From positions 2,716,161-2,780,160 of the forward strand of contig MU054323.1 of NCBI GenBank assembly GCA_013239625.1: a stretch of DNA of 64,000 nucleotides, read 5' to 3'. Every line of letters starts with the position of its first letter. The first letter of the stretch is position 1. A model generated the notes under the pieces. It saw only the letters and a list, made by a program, of their open reading frames with translations. It was not told the DNA's origin and did not search any database. The position numbers and the translations under genes were made by a program. The DNA is from Lama guanicoe. Its lineage: Eukaryota. Below, piece after piece: positions 14,456 to 27,069 of the stretch.

Positions 14456-15364
14456 ATTGTTAGAAAACAACTGTTGAGTGAATGACTGAACGAATGAATG
14501 AAGCCAAGGAAATTTAACCTGCGTTTCCAAGGTCACACAGCTAGTTAAGTGTTGGGTCTAGAGGATACTTCTGAAAGCGGGACTTCCGGCATCCCTGTGC
14601 TGTGCCTGTGATGACATTCTCCAGGCAGGTCCGAGTTAGTGATCAGCTTGGTAGCACAGAGCCAGGACGATGCACCAGACTCGGGGACACAGCCCCGAGT
14701 CCTGATCCCAGTTCTACCACTTGCTAAGTACTACGAGACAAGTCACTTAACCTTTTATAATGTCTCATCTGTAAAGTGCAAACAGTAATATTTACTTTTC
14801 ATCTTGTTGGCTGGCGGTTATTGTATGGTAACACTTAACTTCACCATACCTAAAAGGAAAGAGTCATTTCAGCTTCACAGGGTGGATGCGAAAATTATGA
14901 AAGATCATAAATTGTGAAATCACTTTCCAAACTAAAAAGATCTGTGCAAACTTGAGTCAACAGCAAAAGCAAAAGAGATGGGGAAACAGATTTTTCAACA
15001 TTATACATAGTCCCTGCTTCCAGGACCACCTGTCAGAGAAGCCTTGGCTGTATCTGCCCTTTGTCACCCAGCTCACTGAGCCTCAGGGCCACTAGCCAAA
15101 GCTTGGGCAAAGGAATTTACATCAGGAAATGTCAGGTAAGGACTTAACCCCAGGATGGTGATATCACAGTATTCCTATCCATGGGAATCAGGAGTCAGAC
15201 CTGGCCCAGCACCACCTGCTAGCATGCTACCCCACAGCCCAGCCAGCTTTCTTAATCTTTGCTAAAATAACTACCCCTGTGATATCTGCTTTTGGCTCAA
15301 GGCCTACCACTCTGTGTATCTACTCAGTTTCCACTAAGAAAGTCACCTAATATAGCAATCATTA

Positions 15365-15822
15365 AATGTTGAATTGTATCCACTGGGAAGGACAAAAAAG
15401 ATATACTAAAGTTCTAACACCCAAAACCTCAGAATGTAACCTAATTTGAAAATAAGAGTTGTTACAGATGTAATCAGTTAAGTTAAAATGAGATTATATC
15501 GGGGGGGGTCCCTAATCCAGTACGACTGGTGTCTTTATAAGATGTCCACACGAAGACACAGGCACAACAGCGCTGACAGGGAAGGCAGACGTCGGAGTTA
15601 CGCAGCTGCAAAGCAAGGAAACCCAAGGATGGCTGGCTAACTACTAGGACCTCAGAAGAGGCAGGAAAGAATTCTACAGTTTTCAGAGGGACCACAGCTC
15701 TACTGACACTCTGACTTCAGACTTCCAGCCTCCAGGACTGTGAAACAATAATTCTCTATTGTTTTAAGCCACTAGGTTCATGATACTTTGTTATGCTGAT
15801 CAACCCTAGAAAACTAATACAC
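15365..15822 (+). mobile_element. MaLR solo LTR (MLT1B/C-like)
   Basis: CCTCAGAATGTAACCTAATTTGAAAATAAG...CCCTAATCCAGTACGACTGGTGTCTTTATAAGA...GACTTCCAGCCTCCAGGACTGTGA...AAACTAATACA. Confidence 0.85.
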
Positions 15823-16023
15823 CAATTATCCTACAATCCAGAAAAGACTGCCATAGCCCCACTCTCACACGATTGGCCAAAAGCAGGATTCCCAAATGAA
15901 GCTGCAAAGTGGCAATATGTCTCATTTCTCCAGAAAGCAGTGCTTTGGCAGACTTAACTGTGGAATTGTAGCCTTATGACTCAGTATTTTAAAACAGGGA
16001 AACTGTTAAATAAATTCTAATAT

Positions 16024-16586
16024 TGTGATAAGTAGAGATACATGCCCTGCATAATACTGACAACTATCAATATGATGGCGTTTACTCCCCTGATTAGGTC
16101 CTGTTACGGAACAGTCGACTTTAAGATGACAGGGAGGTTATTCCGGTGGGCCTGACCTAAACAGACGGGCCCTTTAAAAGCAAAGAGTTTTCTCTAGTTG
16201 ATCAGAGAAGAAGCCAGACATCCAAAGCACAATAAGGATTCAATGCACCGTTGCTGGCTTGCAGATCAAGGGAGCCACACGTCTAAGGAAGACAGGTGGC
16301 CTCCAGCTGCTCAGAACAGTCCTCAGCCAACAACCAGCAAGGGCGTGAAGACCTCAGCCCTGCCATCTCGAGGAACTGAATCCTGCTGACAAGAATGAGC
16401 TTGGAAGTGATTCTCCCCAGAGCCTCCAGAGGAAAACTCAACCCAGCTGACACTTTGATTTTGACCTGCTGAAACCTGAGCAGAGATCTCAACTTCTGAT
16501 CTACAGAACTGTGAGCTAATGAATGGGCATCGCTTTAAGTTGCCGAGTTTGTGGTAATATCATACGTCAATAGAAAATGAATGCAA
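16024..16586 (+). mobile_element. MaLR solo LTR (MLT1E/F-like)
   Basis: GGTGGGCCTGACCTAA...CCCTTTAAAAGCAAAGAGTTTTCTCT...CTTCTGATCTACAGAACTGTGAG...AATAGAAAATGAATGCA. Confidence 0.8.
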
Positions 16587-19500
16587 ATACACTCACATAC
16601 ACTATTTCATAGGTATTTTCACTAAAAGTGCAAGAAAGTTGGCAAATGATAACATTTCGGTTTTTTAAAAAAAAGGAAACCAAATCAAATAAATAATATA
16701 ATTGTAATTTTGTTTAATACATATGCATAGACAAAAGACTGTATGAAAATACAAAATGGCATCAGAGGTGAAATATCTGGTGAAAGGATTGAATATTTTA
16801 AATTTCTCCCTTATACTTTCCTGGTCCAGTTTTTCCACAACGAGGGTATATTACTTTAACAAGCAAAAATAAAATCAGTAATGCTTCAGTCACTGCCAAG
16901 ACCAAAGCATCTGGTTCTGAGGGGTTGCTACAGGATTTCAGCTAGTTTACCGGTAAGAAAGCAAAGAATTCTTAGTTAGCACTTTATACTAATATTATAA
17001 ATCAAGCTCTGTTGTGGAATAAAGATATATAAACAGAAGTGGAGCGCAGCAGGACCTCTGAGCCCCTGACCACCTCGGGGCCAGGCCCAGAGGTGACGTG
17101 GCTTCTCAAGCCCGCGCCCTGCCCACTTTGGCAGCGGAGCAGGCCAGTCTCGGAGGCCATGCGTGAACTTTGGAAGTACTGAAATACTCGCCTTCACCAC
17201 TAATCCTGCTAATGCGCTCACAATCTATTTGACAGGCTGCCCATCACATCCCCTGTGTCAGGGTGAGCAGTCTCCGGAGGTGGCCGTGACAAGGGGATTA
17301 CTGACAGGACAGGCCGGCCTCCCTCCCCTGCGTTCTGACCAGCTCTGGAGATAGGCCGCATGCCTCAGAGGGTACCGCAAAGAGGCTCATCTTCAGTCCG
17401 GACCCCTTGGCACAGAGGTACCAGAGGGAGACGTTCACCAACCCAGAGGGATGAGTGTTTCCTGACAGCTCTGTCACTCCTCCGGGCTCATCGTGGAGAA
17501 AGAAAACAAGGCAAGTTGAAGGGAAAATTCATAGGGCTGAGGTTTCTGGATGCTTCCTTCACAGCAGAGCTCCTCTGCCCCTCAGAGACCCCACATGCTA
17601 CAGAAAACTAGAAAAAGCCCTGGCCTCTTGGGATGAGGCACGGCACACCTTTTCCCTCTTCTTTCCCTCTGGCTACCAGGCTCCTCAGTGAGTGGCTGAC
17701 ACTCTATAAAAGCTACTTTTACAGCTTCATGTTCATTAAATTAGCAGGATTGCTTTACTTGCCTTCTAAATTTTCAGAAGGTTCATTTTAAATACACGGT
17801 AAAATGGAAGCAACACGCACAGCCTTCATGCTAGCAGATTACAATTATCTGAAAAGGCAATACAGGATTTGTCCCAGAGCAAGGCTGCTGTTCCCTTTTC
17901 TGGAAAGTTCCTCCAGCCAGCCCCATCTCTCTGGCTGGAGCCAGAGTCCAAGCAGCCAGGGACAGTCCTTCTACTCCAGTTTATACTCACGGTTCTCATT
18001 CACAGTCCAAATGAGCAGAACGGGACTTTCCCCAGAACCACAGTGAACCAGTTGCCTTCTTTTCTCTGTTTCCCATGAAGTTGTCCTCATTCCTGTAATT
18101 GGGGCAAAGCTGTTGTCCACATTCCAGCTTAGCTAGAGACATCTCGGGCTCAGGTGTCACAAAAGACACTGGGAATGCTGGGACCAACACAACCGGCCTC
18201 AAGGGACCTGCAATCTCTAAGTAAGCAGCCAGTCATCACACAGTTAGAAGTGTCAGGATTGAGGTTTCTGCAGCAGCACGTGGAGAGATCCCCGGGCCAG
18301 ACCATGAAGGTGAGGAGTCTGGTCTGGGGGACCTGACTTACTCCGCCTGCCTTCTCCAGCTGGTTTGCAGCCACACGGATCACTGGTGCCTCGACTACAA
18401 GATGAAGCTCTGAAGGGCACTGGAAAGTAACAGTCACATCCCACTAGGACAGCCAGCCCCAGAGACCCATCTGGGGCCTCACACTCCATTCTGCCAACAG
18501 CCCTTGACATGCCCAGCTTAGGTGCTCCACCATTACTCAGGCTCGTGGCTTATACTCGAGCAAGTGAAGTGAACAGAAATGCACAGAAACCTCTTCCGCC
18601 CACACCGCCCTCTCAAATAAGCTGCGCCCTCTCCTGATGGAAGAGAGGCAGGAGAGCCCTGGTGCACGCAGGGGTCAGCCACACACACCCACTCCCCTTC
18701 TCCTAGAAGGGGCTCCAGCCTGAATGAGACGCCTTGGTAGGCTGCCCCACGGAGCAGGAGGAGGGCCTCTGTCTTGTGCCTGGAGGTCAAGGCTAGGACC
18801 CCAGCCTTCATCATCCCTGGGCTTGCACACAGCACACCTTGGGAGGCCCAAAGCTTTCTCAGCCCACAGATCCTAGCTGCTCTCTCCCTCTCCAGGAGGG
18901 TTAAAGCCCAGCACTGTGTGGGCAAAGTGAATGGGAATCTTGGAGACAGGAGAGGGCCCTGGGAGTGCATGGACTCTGGAGTGTGAAGAATCTGGGTGTG
19001 AGAGCTGGTTCTGTGACACACGTTGTCACCTTGTGCAAATGGATACTTCTAAGCCTCTGTTTCTTCATCTAAAAAAATAAGAATAACTTCTCCGGATGGC
19101 AATCTCCTGCCACGGTGTTTTCTATATGGAAAGGACTCAAGAAGTGGAGAAGTGGTAGCTCCTCCTGCTGGGTCTGCATTCTAAAGATCAGCTCTCACTA
19201 AGGAATGAAGGGTTTTCACGAGAAAGTGAGGGATTCCAGGTCCCTGGGGAGAAGGGAAGGGATGCAGGTGAGGGTCTGTTTGTTTTCAAAGGGAGGGAAA
19301 TTCTCATAGATGTCTCTGAAATCATCCTACCAACGGGAATACTTTTAAGTAAGTTTCTTTGCACAACCGAGAGGCATGTCTCCTGGGCCAGAGGGATGCA
19401 CGCCCCCAGGGCCAGGTGAGGCACAAACTCAGCTGTGCACCCACCTTTTGGGCTGCACATTTACATGGGGGTTTTCTGGGAGCCTCCAAGAACCTGGTAT

Positions 19501-20039
19501 CAGCCAAGCAGGCTGAGGAGGATCACCCAATTGTGGAGAACAATGACACCCACAAGCTGGAAAGGGCAGAATGGTTTCACCTGGCTTCTTCTGACGCTAC
19601 GCCAGCCAGCAGATCCCCACTGAAACTCACTTGCCACACCCTCCTGCCCTGTACCCACCGCACTCCTCAGAGTGATCTATGTGGCAGGGAAGTAAACCAA
19701 CATCACACACAGAAAGAAAACTCTAAATATTGCTTTGCATTTTTTTCTGCCAGTCAAAAATGTGCTTTGCAACTAGTTGTGAAATGACCTTAACATCCAC
19801 AGCTAAAGTCCGTGTAACACCTAGCTTTGGCTCACTCCCAAATTTCAGAGTCTGAAGGTTATGAATAGAAGATAAAATCTGCAGGGATGTTTTCAGAACC
19901 AGTCCAGAGATGGAGGGAGAGATCCTATCCACTATGAGGGTGGTGACAGGGCTTCTTGTCCCCTATGGTCTTATGCAGAAATTCTGGTTTTGACATGGCA
20001 CTGTTGGTGTGGCCAAACTACCACTGATCCCTCTCCGTT

Positions 20040-20097
20040 GAAACTAGAAATGAGTTTGCCTTGTTTCTGAAACTAGAAATGAGTTTGCCTTGTTTCT
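20040..20097 (+). repeat. Perfect 29-bp tandem duplication
   Basis: GAAACTAGAAATGAGTTTGCCTTGTTTCT twice (20040-20068, 20069-20097). Confidence 0.97.
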
Positions 20098-21252
20098 CGA
20101 GAAATAAATATTTATGATTCAAACCTTTGCGTTCATTATTTCAAATTTTGTGTTTTTGTCATTTTTCTTACTTGGAGAGCATTGATTTTCTAATTACAGC
20201 TATTTCAGCCCATGGATGTCTGCTGCGTGGTTCTGTAAACCACGTGTGAGGCTTCTGCCTTAGTCCGCTGGGGTGACATAACCAGCTGCTCCACAACTAA
20301 AGAATGAGTATTAAAGAGAGAAAAATAGATTTGGTTCTCACTCCTAGCAAAAATGGACACAGTCAACCCTTGTAGATGAAGTCTGAAATCATTTTTAGCT
20401 AATCTAGCAGTTTCCTGATTCTCATTGCCCTAAGACATTTTTGAGACCAAAAGCAGCAGAAAAACTGGGAGCATTTGCAGATACTTTTTAAGAATAAATA
20501 AAAAGAGGTGGATAACCTTTAGCAATATTATCTATATTTATGGCACAAATTTAAATTTTCTGTGACAAAAACTTTAGAAGTTAGAAGACCTCATTTATTC
20601 TCATTGACAGGTAAGGAAATTGAGGCCGTGGGATGCTGCGGGATTTGAGGAAGGTGACTCAGCAAAGTGGAGCAATAAAACTTGTGCTGAGACAAAGGTC
20701 TCCTGTCTCCCGGTCCCTTTTATCCGCGTTACCTGCTTACATCTGGCCAGACTTGCTGAAGCGAACCTAGGTTGTAACAACATATATCTGGAAAAAGCAA
20801 GGCCTCTTGATCTCAATTTGTATAATACCCACACTTAGCCTGTTCTCTGGCATAAGTCATAGATCTTAATAAATAATATTAACTGAAGAAAAGGTTTTGT
20901 TTAATAATTATTTCCCCTCCTGACCAAAGCAAAGGTAAGAAATCTATAAGGCACAATTTTGGAAGAGAAAAAAAATCCTACCCCTTTAGGAAATACTTTG
21001 GCAGTAAAGGAAGCTAAACTAAGAGTTTAGGAAAATTTGGAGAGATTCCTTAAATTCCATTGCCAAAAATTTAATGAGGCTTAAAATTCTATGCACAAAT
21101 TTATATTGAAATTATGATCTGAAAACCAAAGAGCAAACAAGAAATCCATGCTCCCAGCCACCAGATACATTCGATATTTTTTATAAACAATATAATAAAA
21201 CACTCAGTTTTAGTGAGTCAAACTGAAGAGGTTATAACTAACCTAAAACTAC

Positions 21253-21357
21253 AGTGTGTGTGTGTGTGTGTGTAGCATATATACGTACATACATAGCATA
21301 ATGTATATATATATATACACACACACTATAGTATATGTATCATATACTATACATGTA

Positions 21358-21398
<41 letters not shown>

Positions 21399-21408
21399 AC
21401 ACACACTA
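21253..21408. repeat. Compound (TG)n/(TA)n/(CA)n microsatellite
   Basis: Read directly from the sequence. Confidence 0.95.
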
Positions 21409-23299
21409 GAACTACAAGAAAATAATAATTTTACCATCATGGTGGGAGCTTTTAACACATTAAGTATCAAAGTTAGGAATTAATAGGCAAAATTTTTTAA
21501 ATGCATTAGATATGAACCTTATCATTAAAAAGGTGGTTCTTATGACACATAGATCCCTGTTAACAGCTGACAAGAACTCTTCAAGCCACCCTACCCGCCT
21601 TAGAGTATCTGCTTAAATATTTCAGTGTTGGTTGATCTCTCCAATGACAAGACCACAGGGACTGTTCCTGATAGTTACTGCACGACATCTGCTCTGGTTC
21701 TTGGCCTATTGCAAGCCTACAGGAGGAGCCACGTATGCTGTGAGATAACTGAAGATATTCTGAACTCCGACTGCACAAACACGCTCAGCTCTTGACCCAG
21801 GTCAATAAGAAGTGAACCAACAACCAACCTCCCAAGGAAATCGCAACATTTAAAGCCAGGCCTGCATTCTCTGGAAGCTCATTCTCCCTCTCTGGTCCTT
21901 CAAGTGGCAAAGAATCTAGCCATTCCTGTCCCATCTTCTCTAGTTTTCTATCACGTCCCCTGTAAAGTTTCTCATCTCATGCCACCATCTACCTACAAGT
22001 TTCCAAGTGGCACCCACTCCTGTGAATGACAAAAAGCAATCCATCCCTGCCCTTGTCATGACAAACTCCTTATCTTATCTCACTAGAAGAAGAGTTCAAT
22101 CAAACCAAACATTAAAAATAAATTAATTATGCTTTATACCTCCCCAGAGATGGCTGAGCTGCTAAGAGCCAGCTCAGTGTTTGGAAAAGAAAAAAACAAA
22201 ACTTGCAACCTATTAATCCTTCATTCATCTCAAACCATTCCACTTTTCTGGGTTAATCGTTCTATTCTATATTCTTATTGCTGAAGCTGGAACCAGCACT
22301 GGCCAGGAAAAATGGCCAAGAATGGCAGCACATGGCCAGGGCTCGGGTGGCTGGGTGATAGAAACATTCCTGCAAATGTGTCCATGGAATAGTATTGTGT
22401 AACTAGTGTTTCTGCAGGCTGGGACACTCTAGCACAAGTCAAAGAAAGCACAACTCCAAAGGAGAAGCAGTAGGGGATGTTTGCAGAGTTTAAGACCCTT
22501 ACTACTTACCCAGTGACACCTGCCACATACATAGGCCCCTGCCCTACCCCACACCTCATTCTGCCACCCAGGGTGATTTTTTTTCTCCCTAAGTATATGT
22601 CTCAAAGGAGTGGTGAGTAGGACACTTACATTTTGTCACCCGACTTCCTCTCCCAACCAAACATAACGATCATCTGTGAACTGATTAATCCATTTGTCTC
22701 CAGAGAGTTTTTTAAAAAAGGCTTCTTTCAAGTTTTCCAGGAGGTTCAGGAGGGTTCAAGAACGCCACCAGTCCAGGTGAGATACCCTTCTTCCATCCCA
22801 TTTCAGGATCCCTGGGTTACAATATAGTGAAGATGGGAGGAAGATTCTTCTAAGAATAAGGCAGCTTGGGAAGCAGGCTATTTCAGGATGCTGAGAAGTA
22901 TTTCTAATAATACTCTGACAGGGTGCTTCATAAATGCCCAAGTGGTTCTGCAACACATCAAGGTCCAGATTTTGGGTTAAGCAGTAAAAAAAAAAAAAAT
23001 ACTGAGAAAGTATGTATGACTTTGACCTGTCATTAACTGATTGAGGTAAGTGGGAAGAGTATTATCCCCACTATGAGGCTCAGAGAAGCGTAGGGACTTT
23101 GCCCAAAGTTTGTGAGTAGCAGAAAAAGCTAGACAAAACAGGATCTTCAGGCCTCAGAGGAAATAAAGCTTCTAATTCTTCCTCTGCCACTGACATGAGG
23201 TTTGATCCCTTCCTAGTATCTCATGTCTGTAGTGAAATTTTTCATCTAAAACATATTCAAACTGGGCCCAACCATCAGTTTGGCTGTGAAGGCGGCCCA

Positions 23300-24560
23300 G
23301 AAAGCCAGGCTGGATGGGTAAAGCAGGTGTGCCTCTAAGAGCTCCGCCCGACTGGGGGCCAAGACCTCTGCCTCAGAGCCCCCGCCCGAGAAGGCTGGGA
23401 CGCCCTGGACTTTCTGGTCTAGAGCAGGGCCCGGTCACACCATCCCTGCCGGCTCTAATCCCAAGGACCTCGGTCTGACCACAGCTGCGCTGGATTTGAG
23501 ACGCCACAGGAAATCCAAGGAGCTCCAGCCCGCACTAACCCGGAGCTGCCCTCTCCCTCGTCGGCATCTCACATACGCCGAAGGCTAGGTGTGCCCGCCA
23601 GGCCAGTGTCACCCCAAGTTTGTCATCCCTGAAAGCGGGACTCGGAAGTCGGCAGCGACCTGACCGCCAGGAACCTCCGCGGAGCAGCGCGCTCCAGCAA
23701 CCACTGCTCAGGGCGACGACTTCCTTCTGCGCCTGCGCGCCGGGCCTGCGCAGTGGGCGGGGAGGCGAGTGGGTAGGACCCATCCGGGAGGGCGGGGCGA
23801 ATATTCCCATGGCATCTGGTGCCCTGAAACCCTGCGGGCTGGAGAGCATTCAGAGCCTCCAGATCCCGGAAGCGGAGGCGCTGCGCACCCGCCTTCACTA
23901 AAGGCACCTCCAACGGTTCGGGTCTGCAGATCCTGTCCGTGAGGACGAACCGATTCTTGGCGTGTCTATGGGCAGGGTTCGAGGGGTGGGACCGGGAAAT
24001 ACAGGAGCAGTAGTGTCTCCGCTCCAGGCGGGGCCCAATGTGACGTCATGGAAGTACGTAAATGAGATACCGCTCTAGACGTCGCGGAGCCCTTGCGCTT
24101 TGCCAGAGACCTGTGTGACATCATTGTCAGCGAGAGGATGCCCTGACGTCATAGCGCCCTAGTGCTCTGGGAGGTGGGGTGGGACGACTTTGAGCCGGTT
24201 TCTCCGTACACCAAGGTTCCAGGGTTGGGGATGGGATATCACAGATCTCACGTTCTTGGAGATAAGGTGACGTCAGGAAGCCCTAGGCCATCTCACGCGT
24301 TTCTCCCGCGCCCTTCCTCAGGATCCTGTACTAGCCCTGAATCTCCAGACAAGGAGGTCAGCAAGGAAACGTCCCTTCGTGCAGCCCAAACCTGTAGCTA
24401 TATTCCAGAAGGAGGAGAAGGAACCTGAACGAAGCCTCTGCAGGCTGTTCTTTCTCCCAGGTCTCTCCTGATCTCTTCCTAGAGCGAGCACTAGAGTCTG
24501 TCGCGCTTTCCGCCCAGCCGAGAAGTCCAGCCGGGTAGCCCCCCCTGCCCCCCTCCCCTG
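23300..24560. promoter_or_regulatory. CpG-island promoter downstream of OSR1 (NRF1, GC boxes, ETS, CCAAT, 3x CRE)
   Basis: TGCGCCTGCGCG 23728-23739; GGGCGGGG at 23755 and ~23790; CCGGAAG ~23866; CCAAT 24035-24039; TGACGTCA at 24041, 24144 and 24268. Confidence 0.75.
24098..24171 (+). ncRNA. Sequence orthologous to the human MIR4757 hairpin, degenerate and probably not a functional miRNA here
   Basis: GCCAGAGACCTGTGTGACATCATTGTCAGCGAGAGGATGCCCTGACGTCATAGCGCCCTAGTGCTCTG aligns colinearly with the recalled human precursor (AGGCCTCTGTGACGTCACGGTGTCTGCGGGAGGAGACCATGACGTCACAGAGGCTTCGCGCTCTG). Same syntenic position, ~3 kb beyond the OSR1 3' end. Confidence 0.55.
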
Positions 24561-27069
24561 CCCTGGACACGAATTGCAGGCCTAGCAGCTTTGGAAATGA
24601 CCCCTGCTGAATTCTCATCTTCTTCACTCCTGAAAACCGGCCCCAGGCACGCTGGGCAACCAGAGACCAAAGATGCTTAATGTCTGAAAACAAGGTGTGG
24701 GGTGGGTGTGTGTGTGTGTGGGGGGGGGGGTTATTCCAGAGGTTTGGGGGGGGGGAGGGCCACCTGCAATGGGACAGGCAACCCTTCCAGCATTTCCAAC
24801 AGGCTCATTGCCTTTTCATGCGACCCGTGGAGTACCACCAAGGAACTGTAGCCTGTGTGCGGTCTGGTGGCCCACAGCCCAGGCTTGCCTTTCTGCTCGC
24901 AGTCGCTATTACTGTATAATCTATGAAATCACTGCAGTCACGGGACTGCAGCAAACTACACTGAGAACTGACTTCTGAGTCCATCCGAATCACAGCAGAG
25001 ACATTGTGAAAGGACAGAGGTCTCTGGACAGCCACTCCCCCCCCCAAAAAAACCCTCTGCGCTAGGAATTCATTCTTTCAAGGATGCACCCCTGATACTG
25101 AACGTTTCTTGGTGGGAGGGCCTAGGCATGGCGGGGCAGGGATTCATGGTACCAGAAGTGGATGGACCAGCAAGGAAACCCTTGCAGGCAATCCTCCTCT
25201 TCAGTCTTTAGGAAGTCTTGAGTGGGGACAGAGCTTCTGCTTGTCTTAGGGAGGTGGGAGACAGTGCAATGTGAGCGGCATGGGGCAGCAGTGGTCGGTA
25301 ATCAATCGTTGAGGAAGATGTAGAACCCCAGAAAGAGTGAAGGCTCTAAGTGACACTCTCTCTCAGATCCTCAGAGGTGCCCAAAACTCTCAGTAGTGGC
25401 TGTGTATGTGCGTGTGTGTGTGTCCACACACTGTCGTCATCTTGGAACAACCAGCACAATGGGCTAGTAAATGGGTGTCGCTTCCTGCCCTGGGCCCCAG
25501 CACAAGCCTGGGCCAAGGGTGACCCATACCACAGCCTGTGCTGCCTGGGCCCAAGCCGTCGAAGTCCAAAACCCACTGACTAAACTCCCTTCAGATGCCC
25601 AGCCGTCACAGTTCTCTGGGATCTGGGCTCCATTCTCTCCTGGGGGAAGTCCTTTTGGAACTGAGGGTAGGAAAGCTTGGGATCTTGCTCATCTAGCTGA
25701 GCAAGAACCGGCATCCAGAACCGGCAGCGCCCTGCTCCTCGTTCGCAGTGGGCCCCAAAACCAGTCAAGAAAAGTTTAAGGGCAAGATCAGGCGCCGATC
25801 CGGGCCGCGACTGAGAGTTATTCCCAATTGTGCGCCGGACGCAGTGAGGGACCCCGATTCCTGAGCGGCCCCTCCAGGCCTGTCCAGCAGGGGGCAGCGT
25901 GGCTCCGAATGCTGAGGGCAGGGCTCCTTCTTGCCGTCCCGGCCAAGGCTACAGTGACCAGTCGGGTTCCCGAATCGCCCAGTTCAAGCCCGCCGAGGGC
26001 GAGGAGGCGTCCCCAGAGGAGGTGGTGGGGGTTGCGCAGTGAAAGGCTGGAACGTTTTAACTCCTACAGTCCCGACTCGTTTTCTCAGACATAAGGGCCC
26101 AGCCTAAGGCTGGGATTTGGGGTCTCTTGTTGCAGGGAAGCTCGACCCAGCGGTCTCCGTGGCCGCGGAGCGTCGGGGACAAAAGCCGGAGAGGCCCTGC
26201 TCGGATCGGGAAAGGCCGCGGGCGCCACCGCCTGCACCGCCGCGCGGTCTGGATGCCGGAGCTGAGGGAGCCCCGCCCCGCTCCAAGCAGGAGAGCCCCC
26301 GGCGGCTTGGCCTCTAATTGTGGGAAAACTAGGCGCCCCAGGGAAGGTTCAGCTTGTGGAGGGCGGACTCAGATTTCTCCTCCTAACTCCCGGGCCTCCC
26401 AGGGCGCCCGCCTCCGCCATTCCTGACAAGGCTTTAAAACTGCAGGGAATCTTTGCGGGCATAAAGCCGGGCTCCGGGCAAGGGACAAGCCCCGGCCACA
26501 AAATTGTGTCAGGCGGATCCTAACGGAGGAAGGGATGTAGGTTTGGGTTTGGGGGAGGCTGCGGTGACTGTGTATTTGCAGCTGCGTTTAGGGGCCCGGG
26601 GGAATGAACTGGTCTGAGACTGTCCGTGAGGGCGCCTCCTTCTCTCCCCAAAGCAGAAGCATCAGGCAAGTAGGGAAGCCCTTGGTTGGAGAGGTAGGTG
26701 ACCTTCTGTTCCCTTGGTGGACCCTAAGCGACCCTAGCACCCGGCAATGTTGGGATTTTTTACGGCCGATGTATTGGCCGCAGGCTTGGCTTCTTTTTAA
26801 ACTCGGAGCCTTTTGGAGATGAGGAGTGGGGAGACTGAGACTCTTAAGGCCGAAGTGGAGGGAAAAGTAAGAAAATCAATATGGGTGGGGTCAGAGGTTG
26901 ACCAACACGGGGAGAGAGGAGGGCTTCTCCATCCATCCCAACCCATTAACCCCAATAAGGGGGAGGTTCCGGAAATGGGACAGGTAGGAGTGGGCAGCGA
27001 AACCCCGCTCCTCACAAAGAAAGGAGCCACCCAGTTTCCTGCGTCTGGGAGGGAAATTACCCACCCTGC

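Noticed and set aside
24884..25003. Possible relic of an OSR2-like finger 4-5 exon: minus strand CLCC ... CEQKGK in one frame (OSR2 recalled as CPTC ... CEQCGK), 2 kb past the poly(A) site
   Set aside because: Spacing is 34 rather than 28 codons, there are several stops, the His pair is missing and the match is short enough to be chance. A tBLASTn or HMM search would be needed.
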